Assembly (NCBI GenBank): GCA_051294375.1
Contig: CM119270.1
Coordinates: 19,603,741 to 19,667,740 of the forward strand
Source of the DNA: Paraspadella gotoi
Taxonomy: Eukaryota; Animalia; Chaetognatha
Reading direction: 5' to 3'
Length of the DNA: 64,000 nt
Made by a program: the position numbers and the translations under genes. The stretch's first letter is position 1. Every line of letters begins with the position of its first letter. Below, piece by piece: positions 36,568 to 48,800 of the stretch. The notes under the pieces are model-generated. The model ran no database searches and had not been told where the DNA came from. It saw nothing but the letters and a program-made list of their open reading frames with translations.

Positions 36568-37088
36568 ACTCCTCTCTCTCTCTCTCTCCTCTCTCTCTTT
36601 CTCTACCCCTCTAGACAAAGAAATTGCAATTATAGTAACGGACCAAAAGGGAAAAAACTCTTCAATACGAAAAATATTCTTTTCGTTTGTTTCTTTCCAG
36701 CGATTTTTTTCACATTTTTTTTCTCGTTTTCTGAATTAATATTTTAGTTTCTGTCTCTCTCAAGCTTCTCTTTTCACTCTTCTTTTTCTTTTCGCCCGCC
36801 AGGAACCTCGTTTAAAAATGTTCCCGCGAACTATAAATTAAAATCCTCCTCTCTCTCTCTTTCTCTACCCTCTAGACAAAGAATGCAAATATATAGCACC
36901 AAAGGGAAAAAAATCTTCAATGAAAAATATTCTTTTCGTTTTTCTTTCCGCATTTTTTTCCATTTTTTTTCTCTTTTCTTAATTAATATTTTAGTTTCTT
37001 CTCTCTCAACTTCTCTTTTCACTTCTTCTTTTTCTCTTTCGCGCCAGAAACCTCGTTTAAAAATGTTCCCCGCGAATATAAATTAATC
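36568..37088 (+). repeat. Tandem ~250-270-bp duplication between two gaps
   Basis: CTCTACCCTCTAGACAAAGAA...GAAACCTCGTTTAAAAATGTTCCC occurs twice. Confidence 0.85.
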
Positions 37089-37886
37089 NNNNNNNNNNNN
37101 NNNNNNNNNNNNNNNNNNNNNNNNNNNNNNNNNNNNNNNNNNNNNNNNNNNNNNNNNNNNNNNNNNNNNNNNNNNNNNNNNNNNNNNNNNNNNNNNNNNN
37201 NNNNNNNNNNNNNNNNNNNNNNNNNNNNNNNNNNNNNNNNNNNNNNNNNNNNNNNNNNCTGCTTCAACGTTTGCAGCGTCGATTGCAACGCCGATTGCAG
37301 CGCCTATTGCAGCGCATAATGCAATGCCGATGCCGACGTCCCCTTTTTTTAGATTTTCATGTCATATAAGTGATTTTATTTTCGGAACACACACTTCTGC
37401 TCATCAAGACAACGCTAAACACTACCAAGCAAGAAGCGCTCCTGCCAATCAAGGTCANNNNNNNNNNNNNNNNNNNNNNNNNNNNNNNNNNNNNNNNNNN
37501 NNNNNNNNNNNNNNNNNNNNNNNNNNNNNNNNNNNNNNNNNNNNNNNNNNNNNNNNNNNNNNNNNNNNNNNNNNNNNNNNNNNNNNNNNNNNNNNNNNNN
37601 NNNNNNNNNNNNNNNNNNNNNNNNNNNNNNNNNNNNNNNNNNNNNNNNNNNNNNNNNNNNNNNNNNNGAAGCGCTCCTGCCAATCAAGGTCACAACACTA
37701 CCAAGCAGAAGCCCCGTTGTCTACAATGGCTGCCTCCTCCTCCCCAGGTCGTTATAGTTCGACCTCCAAAGCCAACCCTGGAAACGAGGCTCTCAGTCGG
37801 GCTTTATCTTTATCGTCTCTTGTAAACAAAAAGTCGAAGCCAGAGAAAAACCTCCTTCCAACTCTATTGCTCTCTCTCTCTCTCTC

Positions 37887-37939
<53 letters not shown>

Positions 37940-38160
37940 TTCTTTCTCTATCCCTATCTCTCAGATCGTTCCACGATTCGAAAAAGAAAAACGAAGAACT
38001 TAAATTAAAAAAAAAATTGGATGAATTTATTAACCAATTTTATGTCTGAAATAATTAAATGAGGACAGACGGACCAAACAGATTAGGAAGTTGAAACGAA
38101 TCTTAAGCGATGCCTCGTTTTTCTTCGGGATCAAAACTGTCGATCTCGCTTGAGCGAATC

Positions 38161-38281
<121 letters not shown>

Positions 38282-38789
38282 GAGATCTATGTGTTAAATA
38301 GACAAAAAATGAAAAAATACGTAACTCATAAAAATTTTAAAATAATAAAAACGATTGAAACAAAACATAACAAAATAAATTAAAGAATGAAGAAAAGTAA
38401 ACATTAGGATAGAAAAAAAATAGAAGAAAATGATTAGGAAAAGAAAAAGAAAAAAAAACAGAAAAAAGAAGGAGAGAAGAGAAAATGGATTTTGTCGACG
38501 AAGGAGAAAGAAATCGTGTTGAACCGTGATGGTTCATGTAATGTCATGTCATCAAACGTGTCACATTTAACGTTTTAATATGTATCATTAAACTTTTTTC
38601 TTTATTTAGATTTATTCATACTCGTCGATATCTATTTCTGGCCAGACTGCCCGAAGTATTTTTTAAATCACTCGTGAGAAATTCCACTTCATTATTTCCT
38701 GCGTTAGTTGAATCACCACAACACCCACTAATCACCCCTTCCAGAACCCAACCCGCATTCCCTCTATTCTGCAATCACAACCCTTCTCG

Positions 38790-40200
38790 ACCCGCAATCC
38801 TCCTTTCTTCTTTTCAGGCAGTCTCCCCTTTCCTTACCGCCCATCACTGCCCTTGTCTTCTTTTCACATTCGCGCCCTTCGCGTTCACCATTAGGCCTAT
38901 CGGCTCACGCTTTCTTATTTTCACGATGCGCCCTTCTTGACCTGCCATCTCTGGACCTTCTGCTTCTTTTTCACAATCGCGCCGGTCCTTCCCTTACCCA
39001 TCCTTCTTTCTTCTTTTCACCATCGCCCCTTACTAACTCCTTCTGTCTTTCTTCTTCACCAAATCGCCCCTTCCTTACCCCAATCCTGCTTTCTTCTTTT
39101 CACAATCGCCCCTTTCCTTACCATCCTGTTCTTTTTTCTCTTTCAAATCGCTCACTTCCTTTATCGCCCATTTTCCTCTCCTTTTTTTTTCTTTTCACAA
39201 TTCGGACCTCTGTCCATACTTCCTATTTCTCTGCTCTTTCTTCTTTTCACAATTCAGCCCTTCTTACCCCATCCTCCCTTTTTTATATTCTCTTTTCTTA
39301 TCAATCGCTATTTGCCTATATATAGCTTCTCGGGGTCTTCCTTACCCCATCCCTCCTTTCTTTTCTTTTCACCAATCGCCCCTTCTTACCCCATCCATCG
39401 CTTTTCTTTCTTTCGTACAGAATGCGCCCCTTCTATCCGTTACCGGTTGTGGACGGCATCCGTCCTCTTTTTCTTTGCTAGCAAATCGCCCTTCCTTACC
39501 GGCCATCCTCCTTCCTCTTCTTTTTCGCAACTCGCCCCACCTTACCATTACTTCGTTCCACTCCCTCTTTTGCATTCCTTTCACACATCAGCCCCTTCCT
39601 TACCCTCCATACCTCCGTGGTTGTTCCTTTTCACTCTACGCTCGACCCTTCCTTATTCCCTCGGCAACTTGGTCGCGATTCCTCCTTTTTTTCTTTTTCA
39701 GCGATATACGCCCGCTGATCCTTCGGACTGCATTCACTCGTTCTTCTATCACAATCGCCCCTTCCTTTACACTGGGTGTGGGAGGGGGGAGCAGGAGGAG
39801 TAGGCGGGAGCAGTGGCCTCACTGGTTACTTGCTGTTATTCAAGCGAAGATCAGCGGACCCTGTACCTTAAGCCCTAGAGGTCGCTCGCCGACTTTTATA
39901 CTTTCACATCGGCCCCTTCTCTCTAATTTACCATCCTTCTTATTTTTTTTCTTTCAACGATATCCGCCCTCTCCTACCCCATTCGCTTCTTCTTCTTCTT
40001 TTCACAATTCGCCGGTTCCTTCTTGGTGCCTTTACCATTTTCTGATGCCATCACTCCTTTCTCTTTCACAATTTTTCGTTCCCCCTTCCCTAGCCGCTAT
40101 CCTTTCTCTTTTCCATCTTTTCACAATCGCCCCTTCCTTACCCCATCCCTTTCCTTTTTTCTTTTCACAATCGCTCCTTCCTTACCACCATCCTTTTTTC
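38790..40200 (+). repeat. ~41-bp pyrimidine-rich minisatellite array (copy 1)
   Basis: Recurring CTTTTCACAATCGCCCCTTCCTTACCCCATCCTCCTTTCTT, degenerate. Confidence 0.85.
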
Positions 40201-41589
40201 CTTCTGCTTTGTTCTCCTTACTCCCTATTTTCTTCGTTAGTTTTTTTGTCTCTCTTTATGCTTTCACCCTTTTATTTATTCATTCATCATTAATTTTCCT
40301 TCTTTTATTTTTACCTTTGTATCCTGGGTCCTTTTTTTGCTTCGTGACTCACCCATTTTTCTTTTCCATTCGCTCGTCACAGCCTCTTTCTCGCGCGGGT
40401 GGTTTGCGGGCGTTGGGGGGGGGTTGGGTGGGGCGGGGTTTGGGTAGGGTGAGGGGTTAGGTATGGGTGGCTTGGTGTCTGGTGTGTTGTTGGTGTCGGA
40501 CGGGTGGTGGAGGTTGTGTGGGTGGGTATAGGATTGAGTCGTAGGGTGTCAGGTTGGGGGTGTGGTTATTATAGGTGTTATGGAGGGAGTGAGGGCTTAG
40601 CGAGAGGAGGAGGGGGCGTGATGTGAGCGAGCGTTGGCGATATTTGTCGAGTGCATTTCGTGACGGCGAGGGTTTTATTATTTTTTTTTTTTTTTTTTTT
40701 TTCTTTTTTTTTTTTTTCTCTTCTTAGGTGCGAGGGGCGTGGGCGCGTCGATGGTTACCGTGAGCGGGATCTGGAGATTCTTTAGGTGAGTTCTGTCGGT
40801 GAGGCTTTGTAATAATATTTCGTTTGGGAGAGCGAGGAGAGGAGGAAGAGGGGAGGGAGGGAGGAGGGGGGGGGGGAGAGAGGGAGGTGGAGGAGGGAGG
40901 GGAGAGGGAGGTGGGAGAGACCAGGAGAGAGGAGAGAGAGAAGGGAGGAGAGAGGGAAAAGAACCGGGGGAGAGAGGAGAGTGGAAGGGGGGGGGAGAGG
41001 GGGGAAGAGAGGGAGCAGACAGGGATTGCCTCGGGAAGAGGGTGAGGAGGCCAGACCGCTTTGAGCCTTGATATGTGAATTGCTTGCTTGCCCTTTGTTG
41101 AAAAATAGGAATGATTGTTTGGAACCTTTATGGCTGTCCGCCTAAAATTCCGATCTCGTCCGATCCGTCCGTTAATTCGTCCCCCATGTCCCTTGCCGAT
41201 TCGTCCTCAGTCTGTAAATCGTGGGACTTTCCTCGGTTTTTGATGAGAAAAGAATAAAAATATCTTTCGTTTTTGTTGCCCGGTCGGTCGGTCGGTCGTC
41301 GTCGGTCTGTCGGTCTGTCCACTTGAAGTTAACATGCATATAATTTGCCTATAGTTGGTTGCTCATTTGTTGAGACAGCGCCGTCCCGCTTCAGGAAATC
41401 TAAGTTACACTATAAGGAAAAAAGGGAATTTTGATGCAGTGCATGTTTATAATTACACAGGCTAAGAAAGTTTTTTTTTTAGTCATGACATGTCTGTCAT
41501 ATCATATCATGATCAAAGGGAAATAACGTGAAAATAAAGTCACTGCGGCGCAACTCATTGGAATCACCGTTCTTGTTTTTTTCTTTCAG

Positions 41590-42393
41590 AGTTTCTGCAG
41601 CGGAATGGATTGGGGCCAAACTCAAAGGTTTCGGCGGCAGTTTTATTGGTCGTTGGTCGCGGTTGACGAGAAATGAAGGAAACTCAAATATTTTTTGGTT
41701 TACCTCAAAACTCTCTCTCTCTCTCTCTCTCGTCTTCTCTCTCTTCTTCTCTCTTCTCTCTCCTCTCTCTCTCTCGATAGGAATTCAATATTCTTACACG
41801 TTGGAATTGTTAGACCAACAAGACGATCCAGGTTCGTTGAATATACGAGAATGGACCAATCATGAGGCGCGATTTTTCCTCTCGAGACACAATCAACGCA
41901 GGGATGGAATAAAAGTCATACAATCAATCGTTCAAAATTTTTATGATGCTTGGTGTTTAAATCTGGTTGCAATTAAGAGAGCAGCTTGCAATGACAAAAG
42001 TTTCTCTCTTTCTCTCTCTCTCTCTCTCTTCTTCCTCTCTTTCTCTCCTCATCTCTCTCTTCTCTCTCTCTCTCTCTCTCTCTTCTCTATCTCTCCTCCT
42101 CTTCTCGCTCAGGCGAAAGGATGTGGGGTTCGTTCCCCCAAAAGGAAAATGGTCCACGAAAATTCCCCTTTCCCCCTCAGGCGAAGAAGTTGAGTTTACT
42201 TACCCTTGAAAATAACCCCGTGGGCTCATTTAGTAAACATCGGCTCATGACCACTAGGTACTGGTTTCATCCTGACCCTACTACTAGCGACAATTTCATG
42301 TTTCATGTCTTTCCATGTCTTTCCATGTCTTTTTCAGGTTATGGCGGAATCAAAAACGGTTGACTGACATCGTCTTCGATCCAAAAAAAAAAG
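41590..42393 (+). CDS. Spliced exons (41590 or 41601-41627, 41781-41952, 42338-42393) of a putative M14 zinc carboxypeptidase-like gene, C-terminal part
   Basis: GT-AG introns with matching phases give AEWIGAKLK-GIQYSYTLELLD...RFFL...IQSIVQNFYDAW-LWRNQKR. This resembles the M14A motif DW-x5/6-GIKYSYTxELRD that carries the catalytic Glu270. Similarity judged by eye only. Confidence 0.45.
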
Positions 42394-43448
42394 GTGAAGA
42401 AATTACTTTGAAGAGACCAATTCAGTTTAAAATTATCTCTCTCTCGTCCTAAATTTCTCCTCTCTCTCGTCTCTATCGCTCTTTTCCCTCAGAACGGAAA
42501 CGCCGCGAAACACCCGCGACCAGCTGAATCCATCGTCCAAAGTCAGGGCTATGGCCGCCGGACGCGGAAGAACCCCGCCGCCGCGTCGCGCCGCCGCCGC
42601 TGCGGGCGACAGCGAGTAAGAACGAGGCAGCTGCTTCCCGTTGCCTTCCCATCATCTATTGGATCTATTGGAACTCAGGGTTTATTATTTTTTTTTTCTT
42701 GGGTAAAATAAATGAGATGGACATAATTTTGCAATTTATTCTCGCTCAGCGATAACGCAAACAGGATGATTGTTACTTCGGCAAGGACCTGATACTTCAG
42801 CGAGACCGATACTTCGCAGGAATAACGTCGATCGTCGCCGGCGATGACGAACGCGACGAAGAGGGCGATGCCACTTAGGTGGACCAACTCGTCGACTCTA
42901 AGCCTCTAATAAAATAAATAGTAATTACAAATACTCTCTCCTCTTCCTTCTCCTCTCTCCTCTCTCTCTTCTCATCTCTCCTCTCTCTCATCTCTATCTC
43001 TCTCTCTAAATTTACGCCGACCCACGAGCAAGGATTGTTCTTTTTTTTTTTCATCTTCTTTTCGTTTGAATGTAAAAACAAAAAACAAAAAAATATAACA
43101 CCGCTGGTCGCTCTTACGGGACAAGGAAGAAGCAATGAGAACCAAAACAACATCGACGTCGTGTGTGAGAAATTATCGATTGAATTTTGTCTGAATCTAA
43201 TTTATTTTTTTGCTTTGGATCATCGAGTATTAGAAAAATAGAGGGGCTTCATTTCGTTTCGTTTCGTTATCACCATTCACAAACGATTTTTTATATATAT
43301 ACATAAATACCGTCGTTACTCGATAACCGCGTTGTTATGCGGTTGGGTGTTTGACATAGAGAGGCTTGGGTAGCGAAGGACGGGTTGGTAAGCAGATGGA
43401 GAACGGGGGAAGATTTTCCGATTTTTTGAGAAAGAGAGAGAGAGAGAG

Positions 43449-43494
<46 letters not shown>

Positions 43495-43517
43495 AATTAA
43501 ATCTAGATTGATACCAA

Positions 43518-43566
<49 letters not shown>

Positions 43567-43686
43567 AGATAGATAGATAGCATAAATAGATACAGAGATA
43601 GATAGATAGATAAATACATAGATAGAATAGATAGATAGATAGAATAGATAGATAGATAATAATGAATAGATTAGATAGATAGATAG
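43518..43686 (+). repeat. (GATA)n microsatellite
   Basis: Direct reading. Confidence 0.9.
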
Positions 43687-43999
43687 GGACTTCACTTTTA
43701 TCGGGGTTACGCGCAGGAAAAAACGACGAAAGTAAACGAGTGTCAAAAAAGCGCGCGTCGTGTGACTTGCCAAAATGGGCCGCCGTTTTCCCCCGGTTTA
43801 AACACTCCGGATAAGTTCCGGTTAAACTCTGGTTGAATTCAGGTTAACGTCCGGATGAAAGCGAATGACTCGGTCGATCATTTGTTAATTTTTCAGCGCA
43901 ACTATTTTTTTTTTTTAATTAAAAACTTAATTTGGAAAAATAAATCCTGAATTCGACTAAAAATTCCGGAAAGAGAGGAGAGAGGAGAGAGGAGAGGAG

Positions 44000-44046
<47 letters not shown>

Positions 44047-44680
44047 TCCGTTTCCAACGAAAAAAAACCAGCGGACCGGGTTGAGAAGCGCTTCCGACTC
44101 TGCATCAGATAACGGTGCCTGCTGCTGGGGCGGCGGGCGGCGGCTACTGCTGCTGCTGCTGCCGTGCGGCGACGGGAACCACGTGAATTGAATCAACTTG
44201 GAAGAAATCGAGAAAGGTGAAAGTCATGGAAGGGTGAAGAAGGGGTGATGTGGGGTGGCAGCGTTGCGGGACGGTGTTGAGAGTTGGCGCGTGCGGGACG
44301 GCGTTAGGGGGGCAGCGTTGGGGACGGTGTTGAGGATGGCAGCGTAGCGGGAGGAGCTAACGGCATGGCAGCGTACCGAAGAGTGTCGCGGGATGGCGGC
44401 GTAGCATTAAGGGTACTGTGTTGTGCTGAGTTTAGAGGAGGAGCGCCGTTTTTAACGTGAACATCTCCACTCGGTTGACTGTCACGGCTCCTGCCACGCC
44501 CTCAGTCGGACGACGACGACGGACGACGACGAACGACGACGAACGATTTCAAAAGGTAAGGTCGCTTTTCTTTGGATTGAAGTCTCCGCAGAAATTTCAA
44601 ATTTTTAACTCACTTTATTTCTTTTGTTGTTTATCGAAGGGTTTGGTGCTCTCTCTCACCTCCTTACCCTTTCTTTTGTC

Positions 44681-44711
<31 letters not shown>

Positions 44712-45056
44712 CATCCTCTCTCTCCTCCCTCTCTCTTCTCCTCCCTCACACTCATCCAGAGTCGGGAAGCGGGTTGAGTCAACGGATCAAGCGAGAGACA
44801 GAAGGAGAGAGAGAGAAAGGGGAGAGAGGAGGAGAGAGAGAAGAGAGAGGGGAGAGAAAAGGGAGAGGAGTAACAGAGATAGAGAGAGAAAGGGAGAGAG
44901 AGAGAGAGTCGGTTCGTAGCTGAGGCCGAATTTAGATTTCAATTTGGGTGAAAGAAGATTTGAATTTTTAAACTGAATAGATTTACATTTAAATTATCTT
45001 TTTCGAAGATTATCATTAGTAGTCAATGAAAGATATAGTTATGATTTAATTAAAAT

Positions 45057-45210
45057 AGGGGATTAGGGATAAAGATTAGATATAATGATTTAGGGAAAAG
45101 GATTAAAGAATAGCGATTTGGAATAGGATTAGGATAGAATTAGGGATAAGGATTAGGGATAAGAATTAGGATAAGTGATAGGACGAGGGATTGGGATTAG
45201 GGATTGGATT
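45057..45210 (+). repeat. Degenerate (GATTAG/GATTAGG)n hexamer array
   Basis: Direct reading. Related arrays at 712-785 (CCTAAY) and 19610-19745. Confidence 0.7.
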
Positions 45211-45655
45211 AAACATTTATTAAGAAAGTCGGTGCGGCGCAACACAGAGTCTGCAGGTTCCTTGTTTTTATCGAAAGACATTTGGACCCAAACCAAATTT
45301 TGAAAAAAATAAAAAAGGCATCAAGAAGCTTAAGTTTAATCTTATTTACTTGTTTTATTTTTGAATTTGTTTTAAATAATATTTGTTTATTTATTTATTC
45401 TTTTTTTTTTTTTTTTTTTTTATTTTTTTTGAAGCGTGTGAACGTAAAGTTTGCCAACGTGAATGACTATTTGGTGTTGAATTGGGAATAAGAGAGAGGA
45501 GAGAGAGAGAAGAGAGAGAGGAGCAGAGAGAAGAGAGAGAAGAGGAGAGAGGAAGAGAGAGGAGAGAGAGAGAGAGAGAGGAGAGAGAGAGTGGGGAGAA
45601 GGGAGAGAGAGTAGAGGAGAGGAGAGGAGAAGAGAGAGAGAGAGAGAGAGAGAGA

Positions 45656-45707
<52 letters not shown>

Positions 45708-45929
45708 GAAAGAAGAGAGAGAGAGGGCTTAGATATTGATTGCAAATCTCGTTGATTTCACAAGAATTGAGCTGTCGCTTGACAGAAAATCCTGAAAGCA
45801 AAAAAAATTACGTGAAATTTGAATAATCGCTCGCTCTCGCTCTCTCTCTCTCCTCTCTCTCTTTCTCTCTCTCTCTCCGCAAATGAATTAACGGATCGAG
45901 GATTTATCCGGGAATTTATTTTTAGCGTT

Positions 45930-45995
<66 letters not shown>

Positions 45996-47749
45996 CTCTC
46001 TCTCTCATCGCTTTAAAAAACGCTTTCCTGTTCAAGCGTGAAATCGGGCGAATGGAAAATAAAAAGAACATTAAATGATTCCTTGAAAAATTTGTGCATC
46101 TTAATTTTAAAAGTCATGTGAGGTTTACTTTAAGGCATAAAGCCTTAAGGGCCTTGCCTAAGCCTTAAGCCTGCGGACCGTGAGGGAGGTCTTGGGGGCT
46201 TTGAAAAAACCTCAAAGGCCTGGTTCCAAGCCCAGGACCGGTCTATGGCTTTGCTAGAGGGGTTATAGAAGTTACGAAGAGTTATCTTGGAAGCTGATAA
46301 AGCCTTTTGCGCCTGGGAGCTTTTCTGTTCCTTTTTTTTTTCGAAATTTAAGCTTAATAATTGATTATAATGTTTGACCTTATCTTTAAGCTAATTTACT
46401 TAAAAAATTAATTTAATTCCGCATATCAGATAAATGGGGGGCTTTCCTGATAAAAAAGAGGCAAAAGAAATACGTCTTTTGAGTTTTAATAAATAAATTC
46501 AAAATCGTCACATTCAAATCCCTCTTAAATTAATTTTCATATATTTTTTTTTCCCCGCCCGACTTATTTAAGCGTTTTAACCGACGGTTTTTGTTTTTTT
46601 GTTTTTTTGTTTTGTGTTTTTAAAGATTAATTTTGCGTCATGAATTTCGTGACGAATGTCGAGTCTTTTTTGGTCAGCGATTTCTCCCGCCGGACGACAA
46701 TTCTGAATTGGCTAAGAGAATTAACAATTAGAAAATCATAGGGGCGTCTTCGCAGGTAGTACCGACGATATAAGGACAACAACCAACAAAACAATAGCCA
46801 GCAATGAAACGATGGGACGGGACGCGGACGCACGACAGAAAATAGAGGCGACACTTCAGTAAAGGTGAATAATTTAAGGCAGACAAGAGACGTAAGACTA
46901 CGTCGCCGCCCGCTACCGAAATAGCGAATCGACCGAGCGTCCACTCGGTGAGACGTATCCGCGTCGCACCGCCTCAGAGGAGCAAATGGCCATATCACAA
47001 TGTGCTTCAGCCGTGTTCCCCTGGAGAGAGAGAGAGAAAGAAGAGAGAGAGAGAAAAGATAGAGAGAGAGAGAGAGGAGAGAAAGAGAAGGAGCGGAGAA
47101 GAGAGCGAGAGAGAGAGAGATAGAGAGCGAACCTGACCGAGTGACTCGGAGACTTGTCGTGGTGAGTTATTACGGGCAAGCCCGAACGGCTGTCTCCTGA
47201 GCTCTCCTATCTCATCTCTCTCTCCTCCGCTGGCGGTCTCTTCATCATTATCTCGTCGTTCGACTCTCGCCTCCGTAGCTTTTCGCCTTCTCTAAGTCTC
47301 TCTCAAGCTTCTTCGAGGCATGCCGATTCGAGCGGAAGATTCTAGAAAAAAGAGAAAAAAGTGAGACCAGTTTCTTGAGGGACGAGTGGACTCTAGTGAT
47401 CGCTGAGGAGAGAAGAGAGAGAGAGATGAGATGAAGACGAGAAACAGAAGGGCAGTTAGATGAAGACAGGATGGATCGAGAGAGAGAAGAGAGAAGGGGA
47501 AAGAGAGAGTGGAAAAGAAAGTTGCAAAGAGAGGAAAAATAGTTAAAAAGATTGAAGTGATCCGATAGAGTCGAATGATTAATGGTGAATCGACATGTCT
47601 GGATCCGCCCAGGCCACAAATGCTTTATTGACCTTTTCGTCCTGCCGGCCAGTCTGATCTTCCTGACCTTATTCTCAAATCTTCACCATTGCCCTTATCA
47701 TGCCCTGAATCCCTCCCGGTCATGTCCTTTGACCTTTGATCGAGCGTAG

Positions 47750-48800
47750 GTCGTCTCGTCGTCGTCGTCGTTGCATCATCATTCGTCGTCGGTCGGTCAG
47801 CATTCGTTTTCTTCTATCGTCGTCGTCTTCGCGTCGTCCTTGTCGCGTTTGTTATAATCTTGCGTCACGGTCGTCGTCTCATCGTCTATCGTCAGTCTTG
47901 TCATCAATCATCTTCGTCTTCGTCGTCTCCATTTTTCTTATCGATCGCTTCGGTCGTATCGGTCGTCCTCTTTATCCGCGGTGAATCTTCGTCGTCCGTC
48001 GTATCGTCGTTCTTCCTTCGTCGTCGTCCAATCTTCCGTCGTCGTCGTCATCGTCCGGCTTTCGTCGTCGTCATCTTCGTCGTTGCGTCGTCCACTATCC
48101 GCTTCTTCTCGTCGTAAGTCGCTTCGCGTCGTCGTCAAATCGTCGTCTCTTCGTCGTCGTCATCTTCGTCGTCAGTCAATCTTCGTCTTCTCGTCTTCAT
48201 TTTCTTTATCGTCATCTTCGTCCGCGTGTCATCGTCGCTTCCCTTCGTCGTCGCATCTGTTGTGTCGCGTCACGTCGTCTTCTTCGTCGTCGTCACTTTG
48301 GTCGTCATCTTCGTCTCGTCGTCTTATTATTACTTTATCGTCATCTTCGGCGTCGTCGTCATCGTCGCTTTCTTCGTCGTCGGTCATCTGTGTCTCGTCG
48401 TCGGTCTGTCGTCTTCTTCGTCGTCGTCATATTCGTCTCGTCAGTCAACGTCGTCTTCTCGGCGTGGCGTCATCTTCGCGTCGTCGTCACTCATACGGTT
48501 TCTTCCGCGTCGTCTCTTCGTCGTCGTCGTCATACGTCTTCTTCGTCGTCGTCATCGTTCGTCGTCGTCAAAATCTTCGTCTTCGTCGTCTTCATTTTCT
48601 GTTATCGTCATCTTCCGTCGTGCTCGTCATCGTCCGTCTTTCTTCGTTCGTCGTCAATCTTAGCGTCGCGCATCCGCGTCTCTTCGTCGTTGTCATCTTC
48701 GTCGTCGTCGTCCTATCGTCGTCTTCTTCGTCGTCCGTCCATCTTCGTCGTCGTCGTCATCGTCGTTTCTTTCGTCGTCGTCATTTGTCGTTGGTTCCTT
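47750..48800 (+). repeat. ~1-kb degenerate (GTC/TTC/ATC)n trinucleotide array
   Basis: Direct reading; it explains the Ser/Arg/Val-rich pseudo-ORFs. Confidence 0.9.

Noticed and set aside
38790-40200. Repeat-spacer look of the 41-bp array (CRISPR-like)
   Set aside because: Intervening bases are short degenerate pyrimidine runs of the same unit, not unique spacers. No cas genes, and the context is eukaryotic.
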